DNA of 64,000 nt, from assembly GCF_009914755.1 (NCBI RefSeq), contig NC_060947.1; one strand, given 5' to 3'. The stretch is from the human T2T-CHM13v2.0 reference genome, Homo sapiens. The notes beneath the pieces were generated by a model. It was given only the letters and a program-made list of their open reading frames with translations. It made no database searches and had not been told where the DNA came from. Made by a program: the position numbers and the translations under genes. This document shows, one piece after another, positions 42,212-56,398 of this stretch (its first letter is position 1; the number at the start of each line of letters is the position of its first letter).

Positions 42212-42655
42212 GCTGCAGAAAATTTCAACGCTACTTTTGAAGATCAACATTAGGTAAACAAATTTGCAAGGAATATGAGTAGAATCACAGAGCTGAAGGA
42301 AGAAACAGAAGTTAAAAGGAAACAACTCCACAATTTAGAAGTTGTTTGCAATGACATCATGCTTGCAGATGATGACTGCTTAATGATACCTTATCAAATT
42401 GGTGATGTTTTCATTAGCCATTCTCAAGATGAAACACAAGAAATGTTAGAAGAAGCAAAGAAAAATTGGTAAGAAGAAACTGATGCCTTAGAATCCAGAG
42501 TGGTATCAATTCAGTGAGTGTTAGTAGATTTGAAACTTCAGTTATATACAAAATTTGGGGGTAACATAAACCTTAAAGCTAATGAAAATTAAACATTTTA
42601 TAATACTTTAAAATTTTGTTTAACAATCTTGAATATTGTTTGGAAAATAAAAAAA
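42212..42655 (+). pseudogene. Processed pseudogene of prefoldin subunit 4 (PFDN4)
   Basis: Intronless AAENFNATFEDQH*VNKFARNMSRITELKEE...IPYQIGDVFISHSQDETQEMLEEAKKNW*EE...KFGGNINLKANEN*, with three premature stops, a short 3' UTR and an A-rich tail. Confidence 0.93.
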
Positions 42656-44828
42656 TCTGCAAAAACTTGATAGATATTTCTCCAAAGAAGATATACATAC
42701 AAATTGCACACAAACATATAAAAAGATGCCCAACATCACTGGTCAGCAGGGAAGTACAAATCAAAACCACAACAAGATACCACTTTGTGCCCACTAGAAT
42801 GTTTATAATTTTTTTTGAGAAAGTGTTGGTGAGGATGTGGAGAAATTGGAACCCTCACACACTGCAGGTAGGAACGTAAAATGACACAGCTGCTGTGGAA
42901 AACAGTTTGGCAGCTCCTCAAAAAGTTAAACATAGAATTACCAAATGACCCAGCAATTCCACCCATAGGTGGAAAAAGAATTGGAAGCAGGTAATCAAAC
43001 AAGTACTTGTAAGTGATTGTTCATGAAGGCACTATTCTCAGTAGCTAAAACATGAAAACAACCCAAATGTATATCAATGGATAAAAAACTAAACAAAACG
43101 TGGTCTATCCATACAATGGAATATTATTCAGCCATAAAAAGAAATGAAGCACTGATATATGCTACAAGGTAGATGAATTTTAAAAACAAAAAAAATATGA
43201 TAAGTGAAAGGAGCCAGACCCAGAAGTTCGAATATTGCATGATTCCATTTATAGAAAATACCTGTAATAGGTAAATCCATAGGGACAGACAGCAGATTAG
43301 GGGTTGCTGGGGCCTCAGGGAAGGGGCAACAAGGAGTGATTGTTTAATGGGTACAGGTTTCAGGTAATGAAAAAGTTCTAGAACTAGACAGAAATGATGA
43401 TTGCACAACATTGTGAGTGTACTAAATGCCACTGAATTGTACACTTTGAAGTGATCAATTTTATGTTTGTGACTTCCACCTCAATTTTTTTTAAAGGGGG
43501 ACAGTGAGGGAAAACGGGACTAAAGCTAAGGCTAAAAGCTTGGCAGGGTTGTGTTCCTTAGCATATCATCTTCCTATTCCTCCCTTCTTTCCAACTTCCA
43601 GAAATTTCTTGAAAGTGTCCATCTAGCCACTCTCCCTGTCTTCCTCAGATGCCCTTTGCCTTCAAAATCCAATTCTTTCCATCACCATGGAAAAGGGTCT
43701 TATCAAATCCTTCACACTGAGAGACTAGTAACTCAAAGTATAAACACCTCTGTGGCCTACTAGCCTATTCCTTTGTTTAATACACGCATCTTGAAAGTGG
43801 ACAAGGAGAAAAAGGACAATGCTTATCTTAAAGTAAGGAATAAAACATGGTGGCAGTTTCAGCGCCCACAGTAGGGTAAAATTGGAGAGGGGGAAGCCTT
43901 ACAGGCACCCCACAGAGCCTACCAAGTAGCTACCACCTACTCCATTTGTGCATCAAGGTATCTCTGCCATCCAAGCCTGAAAGCTCTAGGGACAATTTAG
44001 AGAACTCTTAACACTCATCCTGAGGTCCCATCTCCTCAACTCGCCAAACCTGGGAGCTTCTCTTCCAGCCAAAGCTGCTGAGATTCCACACAATACCTGT
44101 ACTTTCATCTGCCCCCTGGGGAAATTCTCCAAGAACAAAGGGCATTCTTTTCTCCAAAGAAGCCCCAACCCAGAAACAGCTTTTTTTGCAGCTCTCTAAC
44201 CTAAAAGCTTCCTCAAGGCCAAATTTACAGGAAATCCTTTTCCCTCCTGGGGCTCCACCTTTGTTGATGCTTCCCCTACTTGTTAGTGCTTGGGCATTCC
44301 AGAGTCTGGGGAGGGAAGCTGGGAAGAGAAATGTGCGGATGAGAGAGGGAGAGAAAGAAGAAAGAGAGAGTGCAGATGGGCAGGAAAGGATTTCTCTTGA
44401 CTTAGAGTCACTAGCAGGAACACTTAATAGTTCCAGTCAGCCCAGTACTGCTGGAGACTTGCAATCCAAAACGACAGAGTTTCTTTCTTTTCCCTTGTCC
44501 TACCCCACCTTTCACTTTCCAACATTCATCCTTTTGACCGTCCAGGATCAAATTACAAACTGCCTTTCAGGTTCTGTTCTTCAGGGACCCCAAAATCTGA
44601 CAGAAACAGCCAAGGGCCTAGGAGCTAATTTCTGGGGTCAAAGGAAAGTCCCTCTTAGGCACAAAATAATTCCATAAACAGATGTGGGATGTTCATTTAA
44701 AGCAGTGGTATTCAATCATGGCTGCAGATCAGAATTACCTGGGAGCTTAAAAAAAAAAAACCAAAAAACCAAAAAACAAAACCTGATGCCTGGGCTTCAG
44801 TTTAGACCAATTAAATCAGAATCTTTAG

Positions 44829-45168
<340 letters not shown>

Positions 45169-45944
45169 TGAAGCCAGGTTGATAACCATAACTCAAAGCT
45201 ATTATCTCCATAATTAGAGATCTAGATTTATCAAATAAACAAATAAATGCTTAGAAATGCCTTAGAAGGAAAGGAAAAAAAGAAGCCTACTATATGGAGT
45301 ACCTACTGAATGCTGAGTCCTGCTGTGCCTTTGCAGACACACACACACAAATAGAAAAGATTTGGAAGGGAAGAATGGAAAGTGGGGAGGCTGAGGTTGA
45401 GGTCCAAGTTGAAGGCAAGACCTGGCAAGCAACTTAGCCTAGAGCTGGCTCTGCGAATGCAAACAGAAAAGAGCCCAGATGCTCTTTCTGAAGAAACTTC
45501 ACTATGAAATACCTGGGGAGGGGAAGACTAGCATTAATCCTACCTATAGCTAGAATAACCTTTCCTTCCATCTCTCCCAAAGTTTGTTAGGGGAAAACTA
45601 TTCCCAAAAAATTTTACTAAAAGTGTGGGGTGGGGCTATAAAAGACTATGTTTACATAACCAGTGCGAATGGGGGAACTGAGAACACCCCTTCCTCCTTT
45701 CACCCCCCACCCCTAGAAGGTGCCTCCAGAACACAGGTAATTTGTGTATAACAAGAAATATTTGCAGACTGATGACATTACCTGGCTCCTTCAACTTGAG
45801 ACATTTGAAGGCAGCTACATCCTTGAAGCAATTGCTTCTGATTCTTCCCTTCAAAATATGTGTCTGCATTTCCCCCAACTGCCTAGCCTTCCCCCTATGT
45901 CCAACAGGGGCCACTGTGAAATGCAAAGTCAATTCTTTCCTTAC

Positions 45945-46107
45945 CATGTCCTTAAAGCCTCCAAGGACAGCGGCAGTGATGATGCCCAGGAACAGGCCAA
46001 CAATGTTGAGGATGGTGGCAGACCAGAGCAGGTGGTAGAGGTGGATGATATCTTGGCAACTGCTGACATCGATGTATTCGTAGTACCCACCAGTGATCTC
46101 CACCCGG
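45945..46107 (-). CDS. TMEM255A: TMEM255A coding exon (last TM helix)
   Basis: 163 nt, flanked by tccag and gtaag, encoding [54 protein letters not shown]. Confidence 0.95.
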
Positions 46108-46430
46108 CTGGACAGGGAGGAGCATGCTCCAGTCAGTCCCCAGGGAGCAGGCTGTCCTCCCCAGCCCCCTCCCCAACTCTGGGATTGGGCTACCATACAG
46201 CTCAGTGAAAAGACAGGTGGGCAGGTGGGGAGCTACAGTAAGAGACATCATAGCCATGTACTATAATAAATCAAAGTGTGATTGTTTATCCCCACTCCCC
46301 GAAAAAAAACTCCTACCTGCCAGAAAAATACTTGTAACCACCACTAACACTAATCCTAGATAGCACTTATTGACACTTGCTATGTACCAGGCACAGTGCT
46401 AAGCATTTCACATGTGTGAATTCATTGCAT

Positions 46431-46625
46431 CTGTGCTGTTTAATGTGGTAGCTACTAGCCACATGTGGCTATTTAAATTTAAATTAAGTAAAATTAAGTA
46501 AAAAGAAAAATTCAGTTGGTAAGTCTCACCAGCCACATTTCAAGTGCTCAATAGTCACATGTGGCTAGTGTTTACTATACTGGACAGAGCAGGTTACAGA
46601 ACATTTCCATCATTGCAGAAAGTTC
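46431..46625. mobile_element. MER3-like hAT element nested in a MIR
   Basis: Internal inverted repeats CTAGCCACATGTGGCTA / CACATGTGGCTAG. Confidence 0.75.
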
Positions 46626-46952
46626 TGCAAATCCTCACAGTATCCTATCAAATAGGGACTATCACCATGCACATTTTACAGATGAAGAAAGTGAAGCACA
46701 GAGAAGTTAAAGAACTTGCCCAAGTCGTAAGTGGTAGAACTGGGACCTGAATTCAGGCTTCAAAGACTTCAGTGTGTGCCCTCTCAAAACAAAACAAACA
46801 AAAAAACAAACAAATAAAAACCAATGTCCTGGTAAACAACTAAAGCTGAGTTGCTACACAAAACCTGAAAGTCGCCTCCGTGGGGAGGCCTTTCTTGACC
46901 ACTCTGTCCAAAGACACCCCTTCCCAGCCCTGTCGCTCTCTATCACATTATC

Positions 46953-47432
46953 CGCTATGGAATGAATTTTGTCCCTCCAAATTCATGTGTTAAAGCCCTA
47001 TCCCCCAATGTGACTGTATTTTTAGATAGGGCTTTTAGAAGATAATTAAAGTTAAATGAGGCCACAAGGGTGGGGTCCTAATCGGATAGGATTGGTGGCT
47101 TTATAAGAAAAGGAAGATCTCGCTCTCCTCCTCCTCCTCCTCTTTTTCCCTCCTTCTCCCCTGACTTCCCTACTCCACGCCCCTCCCCCACCCACCCCCG
47201 ACCCCGACTTTCGTTCTCTCCCTCCCTACTTGAATGTGAAAGGAAAGGTCACTGTGAGCACAGAGGGGAAGTGGCACAAGCCAGGTAGAGAGCCCTCACC
47301 AGAGCTCGACCATGTTGGCACCCTGATCTTAGACTTCCAGCCTCCAGAAATGAGAGAAATAAGTACATTTCTATTGTTTAAGCCACCTGGTCTATGGTAT
47401 CGTGTTATGGCAGCCCGAGCTAAGCAATACAT
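46953..47432 (+). mobile_element. MLT1 (MaLR) LTR with an internal CT-rich expansion
   Basis: CTATGGAATGAATTTTGTCCCTCCAAATTCATGTGTT start and GTTATGGCAGCCCGAGCTAAGCAATACA end. Confidence 0.8.
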
Positions 47433-48179
47433 CACCCTTTTCTAATTTCTCTGTAGCATTCATTCCCATATGAAAATAACTTACTGATGTGTCTACTACG
47501 TTATTGTCTGCCTCCCCAACTTGAACGTGAGCTCCATGAGGGCAGGAACTGGTTCATTTTGCTCACTGCTGTGCTTGACACACAGTTGGTGCTACATAAA
47601 TACCTGTGGAATTAATTAAATGAAAGTTCCTGTCCTCCTGGATGTCACAAACTAGTTTACAACTTGGCCACTGGAGTTCATCACGAATCTAAAACACTTA
47701 AAGTCACAACGAAACGCCCTGGCATTAGGATGATTATTACATGTGACTCCCCTGCTATAAGAATGCAAAAAAGAAAACAGAAAAACAATCAAAGGCTGAT
47801 CTCCAAAATGAATCAGAGAGGGACTATTCACATATGAAAAGACTTAAACTTTACAGATGAATTTATCTTCAGATTCTTTAAAGTCAGTGTTTCTCTAAGG
47901 AGGTGAAGTCAGTGTGGTTACAGGGCAGACTGCATCAGAATCATCTGTGTTTGTGTCTATGTGTGCCTGCCTGTTTGTATCAGTGCATTATTTGTGTGTG
48001 CCTGTGGGTGTCTCTGCGTGTATCTGTGCATGTATCTTTGAGAAAGAGAGATGGTTAAACATGCAGATTCCTAGGCCCAGCCCCAGTCCTACTGAATCTG
48101 GTAGAATCTCTGGTGATGGGGTCAAGAATCTGTGTTAACAAGTTCATCAATGTTTGAGACCCACTGTTTTTAATAGTAA

Positions 48180-48347
<168 letters not shown>

Positions 48348-49059
48348 TAAGGGAGTTTCAATTAATCAGAGTTTGAATTGGATTTCAGTATTTTCAGGAG
48401 CATATCTCAAGAGCCCATGCATAAGCATACATTGTCTCCTATTAGCTGGCATTGTACTAGGCCCTGGGGACAGGGCAGGGAGGATGCACAGATTATTTAC
48501 TGCCCCCAAAAACGGACAGCTGTACAAGGACTATTCTCTGAAAAGGACAGACCTGTGTGTATGGGTGAGTGTGGAACTGCAGGAGCACCTTTGTAGCTTG
48601 GGAGTCAACTTCTGACATCCCCCAAATTATGTTTGCCTGCCTCCTAAAACACCAAGGGTGGACTAGTAGTATATATAGGCAGGCAGTATGCCATAGCTGA
48701 CTCTGAAGTCAGACTGTGTTCGAATCCTGGCTCTGTCATCTATGCTCTGTCACCAGATGCTGACTCTAGCAACTTACTTTCTTACTCTTAGGTTACTTAC
48801 TTTACTTAACTTCTCTGAGCCCGGGGGATGTAATGCCAACAGGCATGAAAGCAGTACTCCAACATATAATAAAAGCCTCCACTAAAATATGTAGCTACAT
48901 TTTGTTCCTTCTAAGAGCCAGCCTCTGGCAACACAATTCAAACCTTTGAACCCTGTTCTTAAAGGTATTAACACTTTATTTTGTTTTTTGTTTGTTTGGT
49001 TGGTTGGGTTTTTTCTTTTTCTTTTTTTTTCCTTCCTTCTTTTCTTTCCTTTTCTTTCT

Positions 49060-49352
<293 letters not shown>

Positions 49353-52300
49353 AGTATTAAGACTTTGTAGGCACAAACCGCAATATGGGAATAGGATAGT
49401 AGTTTGTTTTAAAATATTCAATAATTTTAGATAATATATACTTGGTTTCAGTTTGAGTGGTTCCAGCAGCCATTTAATTTTTTTTTTTCACTGAACCATG
49501 AAGGAAAAGAAAGCTAATTCTTAGATATGGTTCGGGTTTAGCAAATTAATGTGGTTTTTTTCTGCTTGAGATTCAGGATTCCATTTGGTTCAGTCTCTGG
49601 GCAGAGCTTCCTCTGAAATTGCACCTTTTGCATTCCCACTGCTCCCATCCTCATGCCTCCATCACTGTAAGGCTGTCCTGCCAGACCCCACTGCTGCCTG
49701 ATTACTCTTCCTAAAACACTTTTAAAAATATGTCATTCACTTAATCAAAACCCTTCTGTGGCTCCCCAGTACCTTCAGGGGAGTGTTCAAATTCCTCAGT
49801 CTGCCAAAGTCCAGCCTCAAAATGGAGTATACACTCCAGCCAGGCTGGAGTCCACAGAAGCCCCACACTGGCTATGCTGGGTACTAATTCCAAACCTTTG
49901 CTCAGATTTCTCCCCCTGCATTGAAGGTATTGCTTTCTGTTCTCTGCCTATCCTAATCTCTCTCACTGCTCAAAGCTTCAATAGTGCCTTCTTCAAAGAC
50001 GCCACTACCCATTCATTAGCTTTTTCCTTGGACTCCCATAGTCTATTCCTCTTAGTTTGGCACTTTGTATATATCAATAATTCAGTTATTTATTTAATCT
50101 AATATGTGTTGGTAGCGTATCAGTGCTAAATACTGTGCTGGTGCTAATGTTACAATCAAGGCCAAGGCCGACATGATGTTTCTGTCAAAATCGCAACCTC
50201 TTGAGGGCGAGGGTCGTCTCTTAACATTCCTTTGTGTCTCTCTCACTGCCTAGCACAGTGGTAGAAACATTAAAGGTCGTCAATAAATACTCGGTGAATG
50301 AGTAACTGAGTGCAAAGACTAATCACTGTATTGATCATGAGATTGATTACCCAATGTGGGCTTTTACCCCCTTGCTCTCAACGTTCTGGGTGGACCTAGA
50401 GAAACGGATAAGTTCTCTGTGTTTCAGTCTCCTACTTAACAAAGTAGGCAGCAGAAGATCTTAGATAAGGCAGGAGGGCATCCTTCTGCTCTTCCATAAG
50501 GGCCTGGAGCACTCACCAATTCTTGGTGGACAGGCAGTGGCAATGGCCAGCCTCTATGTGTCTCTCTCCTGCTGCATGCATTCTGCATATACGTTTAAGT
50601 CCCCTTCCCTTCAATCTCCCTGGCAAATTGAGTTCCTTAAGGGCAAAGCTGTGTCTTATTGATGCCCATTCTTTTAGAACAGCCCCTAGCACATAGTAGG
50701 AGCTCAAGAAAAGTTTGTCGAAGAAAAGAGTGAATGGAAGTAGGCTATCTTCTTTCATTTTATTACCAGCTGATGCTGTTCACAAATCACTTCATTTCCT
50801 TTAGGTTACGGGCTGAAAACCAGTGATATTGACTTGACCTTTCCAAAGATGAGTGAGTAGGTGAAAGCCTGAAGTACTCTGAAAGGCAACTGCTGAGGAG
50901 CTGTGTCCTAGAGAAAGCCACCTTCCTGCATGAGGCTAAATAGAATAATCTATGTTTGGTATTAAAACCTCAACACCCCTGACGTCAAAGAAGGCCTGTG
51001 GGTTCGAGGGGACAGTAGAGACTCTGTTTCTGTAGCACTGTACAAATGACTGCCTGATGTTTTTGTTCCCACTTTTTTTTTCTTGGCCTCCTTTCCAGGA
51101 AATGGACCGGAGGAGCTGGCAATTGATTAAAAATAGGCTTCGTGTGAGGAAAACAAATACACATTTGGCAAAATTAAAGTCTCCAAGCCTCAGAATGCTT
51201 ATTGCTAGCTATATTTAGGCCTTGAGTTTAGGTCTCTTTGGCTCTGGGTGGAAAAAGCCCCAGGTCAAGAAAAAACATTTTCCTCTATTGTGGGACCCTC
51301 GCCTCTTCAGTCTCAGCCTGGGTTTATGGCCTGGTGGGACTGTTTCCTCAGGAAAAGCTAAGGAAGTCCTTTTCTAGTGGCTTTGCCCTTGGAATCTTAG
51401 CACTACAGACTTGGGAAAGGGCTTTGAGAGATGTCCGGGGCTGGCTTCCAGGCACTAGGTAGGTGAAAGACATTTCTAGGCTTGAAGATCTTTAGTAGGA
51501 CTGTTCCCATGACCCCTCTCAGTTGCCTAGTCCAATATTTTATTTTCCCCAGTGAAAAGGGAGTTCTTCTTTTTGTTCCTTTTCAACAAATATCACTCCC
51601 TTTTCATCGGCTCTTTACTCATGCCCAGCCCTGTGCTGGGGCCAGGGAAGTATAGATAAGATTAAGTCATGCTCCCTGCCCTTGGGGAGTGCATAGTTTA
51701 GCACAGCTCCTCATAAAATTCCTTGAAGACTCTTCTGGTATAACTTGCTTTAAGAAAGTAAGGAAGTCAATTTTTATGAAGTTCAGATTGACAGGAACAT
51801 AGAATGGACTTGAGCCTCCACTTTCAAAAACAATTCACCTGAGGACTCAGCTAAATGGAATTTAAAGTAGGGTTTTGTGTATTCAAACCTTTTTCAGAAA
51901 CACACTGTCACAGAGAGAAAGGTGTGTCTGCAAGGAATCACTTATCAACCCTCTCAGTGGGCCTCCTCTCTCCTTGAGATCTCAGGCCCAGTTCTGGCCA
52001 GCTCCCAGCACCACCCTAGGAGGCCATGAAATGGGAAAGGAGAGGAGAGCACCAAGGAAAATGGAGAAGGATGGCAGGAGGAGGGAGAGAAGAGGGAGGA
52101 GATAAAAACAAAGGGAAAGACAGATCGGGGAAGGAAGGATGAGGGGAGGCAAGAGGAAAGATAGTAAAATAACCCCAATTCCCCTAGGACCCGTGTTACA
52201 TTTCTTTGATCATTTTTGTAAGGATGGGCTGAGGAAGTACAGTTATAGCCAGCTCTCCATCATTGCTGCTAAGGAGGGAAGTCCTTTACAAGTGATGGTT

Positions 52301-54185
52301 ATTATTACAACATAAATAATTGAACTCCCCAGATAATCCCTAAACCTCATTTGAATCTGTAAATTTCTCTTCCTCCACTGCCAAACCTTTCAATGAAACA
52401 AGACTGGCACAAGCAAAGAAGGTAAAGAGCTGGTGTATGGTCTCTGCCTTCTCCTCCCTGACTCTAGTCTGGCAAGTCTTAATCCTTAAACCAGAGTAAC
52501 TGACCCCAAAATACCGACAGTAGGGAATGTGAGTGATGAGGGGGCTGCATCCACTTGCTGCCTCTGAATCTAGCTCCATCCAGCCCCACTCTGCAGGTTC
52601 CTCCCCTTACTCCCTCCCTCCCGTGGCCCTCAGTTCGCCTTCACTAAGATTCTGAAGGAAATACGTGCATGACGAACATTGGTCGACATACCCTGCATGG
52701 AGAGGTGTTCACTCACTGTGCACATCACCTACTCACACATCCCTATTGATTCTACCTTCTAAATTGCTCTTAAAATGATTCCCCGCTTTGCATTGTCTCC
52801 AACTTGATCTAGGCTCCATTCTCTATGGCCTGCGCTCTTGCAATGGCCTCCTAGCTGCCTCCATTCCTCAACCACTCAATTCCATCTTCCATGCTGTACC
52901 CTTCAATGGCCCCCAGTTGCCTACAGGGTCAAGTCTGAAGTCATTCCTATGGCCAATGAGCTCTCTATCATCTGATCTCTGGCTACACCTCTGTCTTACC
53001 TCCTACCACACCTTCTGTAACTACCTCCACCCACTACCTCTTCACAACTACCAGGAATATCCTTCCCACCTCTGTCTTCTTTTGGTTTGTCTCCTGATTC
53101 CCTACTTATTCTGTAAGTCTCAGCTCCCATATCACCTACTCTTTGACACTTTTCCCTCCCGGCAAACTCTGACTTTCATTCATTGGGCCTCCAGAATCCC
53201 CACCACATCCACTGATCCCCACTGCACTTATCACATTATATTGCAATCGATTGTTCACATGTCCATCCTCTTTACTAGTCTACGAGCTCTTCAGTGGCAA
53301 TCTCTGTATTCCTAGCGCCCAAATATATTTTGAAAGAAAGAATAAAGGATGTTTTAGCAATTTGGAGTGCACAGAGCCAGAGTGGCTGTAGCAGAACCAG
53401 CACCAAAACTGCTCCTGCCTCAGAACCTTTGCACTTGCTATTCCCTCTGCTTGAAGCACTCTTTCTCCAGGTATCTACCTGGGTTGCCCACCCACCCCCA
53501 ACTACTTTCAGGTCTGCACAAATGTCACCTGCTCAAAGAGGCCTTCCCTGGCTACTCTATCTAACATACAGTGTGCGTGCATGTGCACGTGCACGCACAC
53601 ACACACACACACACACCCCTCATCACTATCTACCTCTCCTGCTTCATTTTTCTTCAGAGCTCTGATCACCACCTGGCATTATATTATATATTTCTGTATT
53701 TGTTGACTGTCTCCCCTACTAGAATATAAGCTCCACAGGGGAAAGGACTTCTGTTTTGTTGGCTGCTGAACCTTCAGTGTCTAGAACAGAGCCAGGCACC
53801 GAGAAGGTACTCAGTAACTATTTATTGAACATTGTTAAACTTGGATATAGACAGAGCTGAGTTTGAATCCTATACATATTATTTTCAAGTTCTGTGTAAC
53901 CTTGGGCTAGTTGTCTGTTTCCTTTGAACTTCACTCTCCTCATCTATAAAATGAGGATTACTCTGCATACATCATAAGTAAGAATTAAATGAGATCAAGT
54001 ATGTGAAAGTACCTAGCATGATGCCTGGCACAGAGAAGGCAAGTAATGTCTGTTAGCCAAAATCTGTTAACAGATCAATGTCTTCCACTTCCCTAATTCC
54101 CACAATGCACCCTTCCTTAACCTCAGCCCTTCTAGTGTCCGTTGTGGTCAGACCATTATTCCTGTGTCTGGGCCTCAACACTTAC

Positions 54186-54274
54186 TTGCCACAGTTGTAG
54201 AGGTCACAGCAGAAGCAGGTGTTGCCCCGGATGCGAGGTGTGCAGAATTCACGGCTGAGGTGAGGGCAGTTAAC
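54186..54274 (-). CDS. TMEM255A: TMEM255A coding exon (Cys-rich loop)
   Basis: 89 nt, flanked by gtcag and gtaagt, encoding VNCPHLSREFCTPRIRGNTCFCCDLYNCG(N). The phase matches the next exon. Confidence 0.93.
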
Positions 54275-54683
54275 CTGACGGTATATAACAGTGAGGAGAT
54301 GAGCTGGCATTGGATAGGAAGCAGGACCCTCTGGGATTGGAAATGCGAGTTAGTGACTGATGGAGACAGTAAGGATGGCTTTGAAATGAACACCCAATGT
54401 GTGGGAAGGATGGGGCTGGATGGGGAGCTGGCCGAACTTGTGCATGAGGCAAGTCACTGTGTAGCTGGGCTCATGTCCAGCCTCTGCCACAGCCCTCAGT
54501 GCCCCATCCCTGAATGGTGGAGATGGAGAGAAGGAAGGACAGATGGAAGGACAGACGGAAGAACAAATGGACTGAAGGAAATGAGAATATGAGGGCAGGC
54601 AAAATCAGGGTACAGGAGGAAAGAAGATAAGGTGGGAAGGAAGACAGAGGAGCCGGCGCATGCACTCTGAAGTACAATAGTAC

Positions 54684-54755
54684 CTCTCTAGCTGCCTGGG
54701 TAAGGTTCCTCATAACCCTCGTGGAAGGAGAATTTTTGGTTGAGGAACTTATGAC
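54684..54755 (-). CDS. TMEM255A: TMEM255A 72-nt cassette exon
   Basis: Flanked by cataag and gtacta, encoding VISSSTKNSPSTRVMRNLTQAARE. It is frame-symmetric and matches the long isoform as I recall it. Confidence 0.8.
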
Positions 54756-56212
54756 CTTATGTAGGAAAAATAGGGTTAGGGGGACCAGGGTTACAAGTGA
54801 ACCTATGGAAGTCATTATTAATATTTTTACAGTCACCAAATTAACGCAAGAAAGCTATCACAACAAAATCTAGAGAACAGCAATGACATTTTACACATTT
54901 TGAGTTAGCAAAAAGGTTTTAAAAACGGAAAAGAATTTCATTTACCATCTCTTGTTAGCAAGAAATTGTCCAGCTCTCTCCCCCATCCAGATGCAATGAA
55001 GTGCTGCTAAATTTGTCTTGCTTTGTTATAGAGAATATTCATAGCAAATGGGCATTTTTTTCTATATTGGGTCCTTCATCCAAATGCTTACTGCCTTTCA
55101 GATAAGCTGTTATCATATATGCATTTCTATTCCTCCTATCTAACCTGAGAACAGTGAGAGAAATAGTAAATTTATGGTTGTTAAAAGAAAAAGGAGTCAA
55201 GTGGATGGCAGAGACATAATCAAAGTATTTGCCATGGTGCCTTTGGAGCAGGACTGCTTTGCCTTACTCCAAGGGCACCCATTCACATTGTATTTTATGT
55301 AAAATGGCTTCCCCTGAAGCTGTGCAATGCAGTGGCCATTTTACATCCAATTGCCTTCCTTTTCTCTTCCCAACTGAAAGTTTACCATTTTTCTAACTAT
55401 TTGGGAATGATTGACTTTCAATGTGAGGTTAATAGAGTACAAAATTGTCAAGATTCCTGGAAGCCTAGGTACAGTTTCATATGGAGAAATCCCTGGGTTG
55501 GGAAGGGATTATTGTATACTGAAATGAAAGCTCTCCAAAAATGACCTGGAGTCATACTTTGCCTCACTACGCATTGCATCTAGCTCTGCTTGAGGCAACA
55601 TGGAACATAAGGAGAGCTGTTTGGGGCAGAAGAGAGACTCATCTGTGCATGCTCAAGCATTATTAGGCTGGCCTCTTGGAGGTGTTATGAGAGGGGCCAG
55701 GCTGACAGTCCCAGCCTCCCCAGAGCATAAAGGTGGATCTGGCTTCTCAGTTACCCTCATTTGGCTTCCAGACCCATCCTATGTGTGGAACTCAGGCTCT
55801 GCCTCCGTAGTTCAGGCCTAGTGCCCTGGTGGGGCTTCCACTTTTATTCCAACTGAGCACTGAGTTCAGGCAACTGAACCATCATCCACAGAGATGGGGG
55901 AGGGTCATGTCCTGTGGCCTCTGTACTCTCATTTGTCCCCCTGAGGATCAAAGCCACATATGGGGAGGCTCCCGGCTGGGGTCAGAGGGTCAGCCTGTGG
56001 CCACAGAACAAAGTAAAACTGATTAGGCCTCATGAGGCTCCAACCTATGACCATGGCCTCATTAGCAATGTGCTCTGACCCACTGAACAAATCAGCTATA
56101 CATACCTAGAAATAAAACTTAGGCCCATGAAAAGGAGTAAAAGAAAGGGTGTTTCAGGCAGAACAGGGGACTTTCCCAGGAGGTAAAGACATGCAGCCTC
56201 ATTCTGGCTCAC

Positions 56213-56281
56213 CTCCTCAGCTTCCTTCTGTGATGTCTTGGGAACATAATGGCACCGGTTAGCGTAGAGTGGTTTCAGATC
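56213..56281 (-). CDS. TMEM255A: TMEM255A coding exon
   Basis: 69 nt, flanked by tttcag and gtgag, encoding DLKPLYANRCHYVPKTSQKEAEE. Confidence 0.95.
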
Positions 56282-56371
56282 CTGAAAAGGGAAACACCAA
56301 AACAAAGGGGTTTTGACTTTGGAAAATAAAACAGCAAGTGTTGTACTTGGTAATAAAAGGTTTGAATACAA

Positions 56372-56398
56372 ACACACACACACACACACACACACACA
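56372..56398. repeat. (CA)13 microsatellite
   Basis: Read directly from the sequence. Confidence 0.95.

Noticed and set aside
44186-44677. 163-aa intronic ORF, and a similar 175-aa ORF at 52788-53315
   Set aside because: Both start at TTG and have no domain resemblance. The second overlaps L2-like sequence.
45636-46196. 186-aa ORF as a standalone gene
   Set aside because: It is the 163-nt TMEM255A exon plus in-frame intron read-through on both sides.
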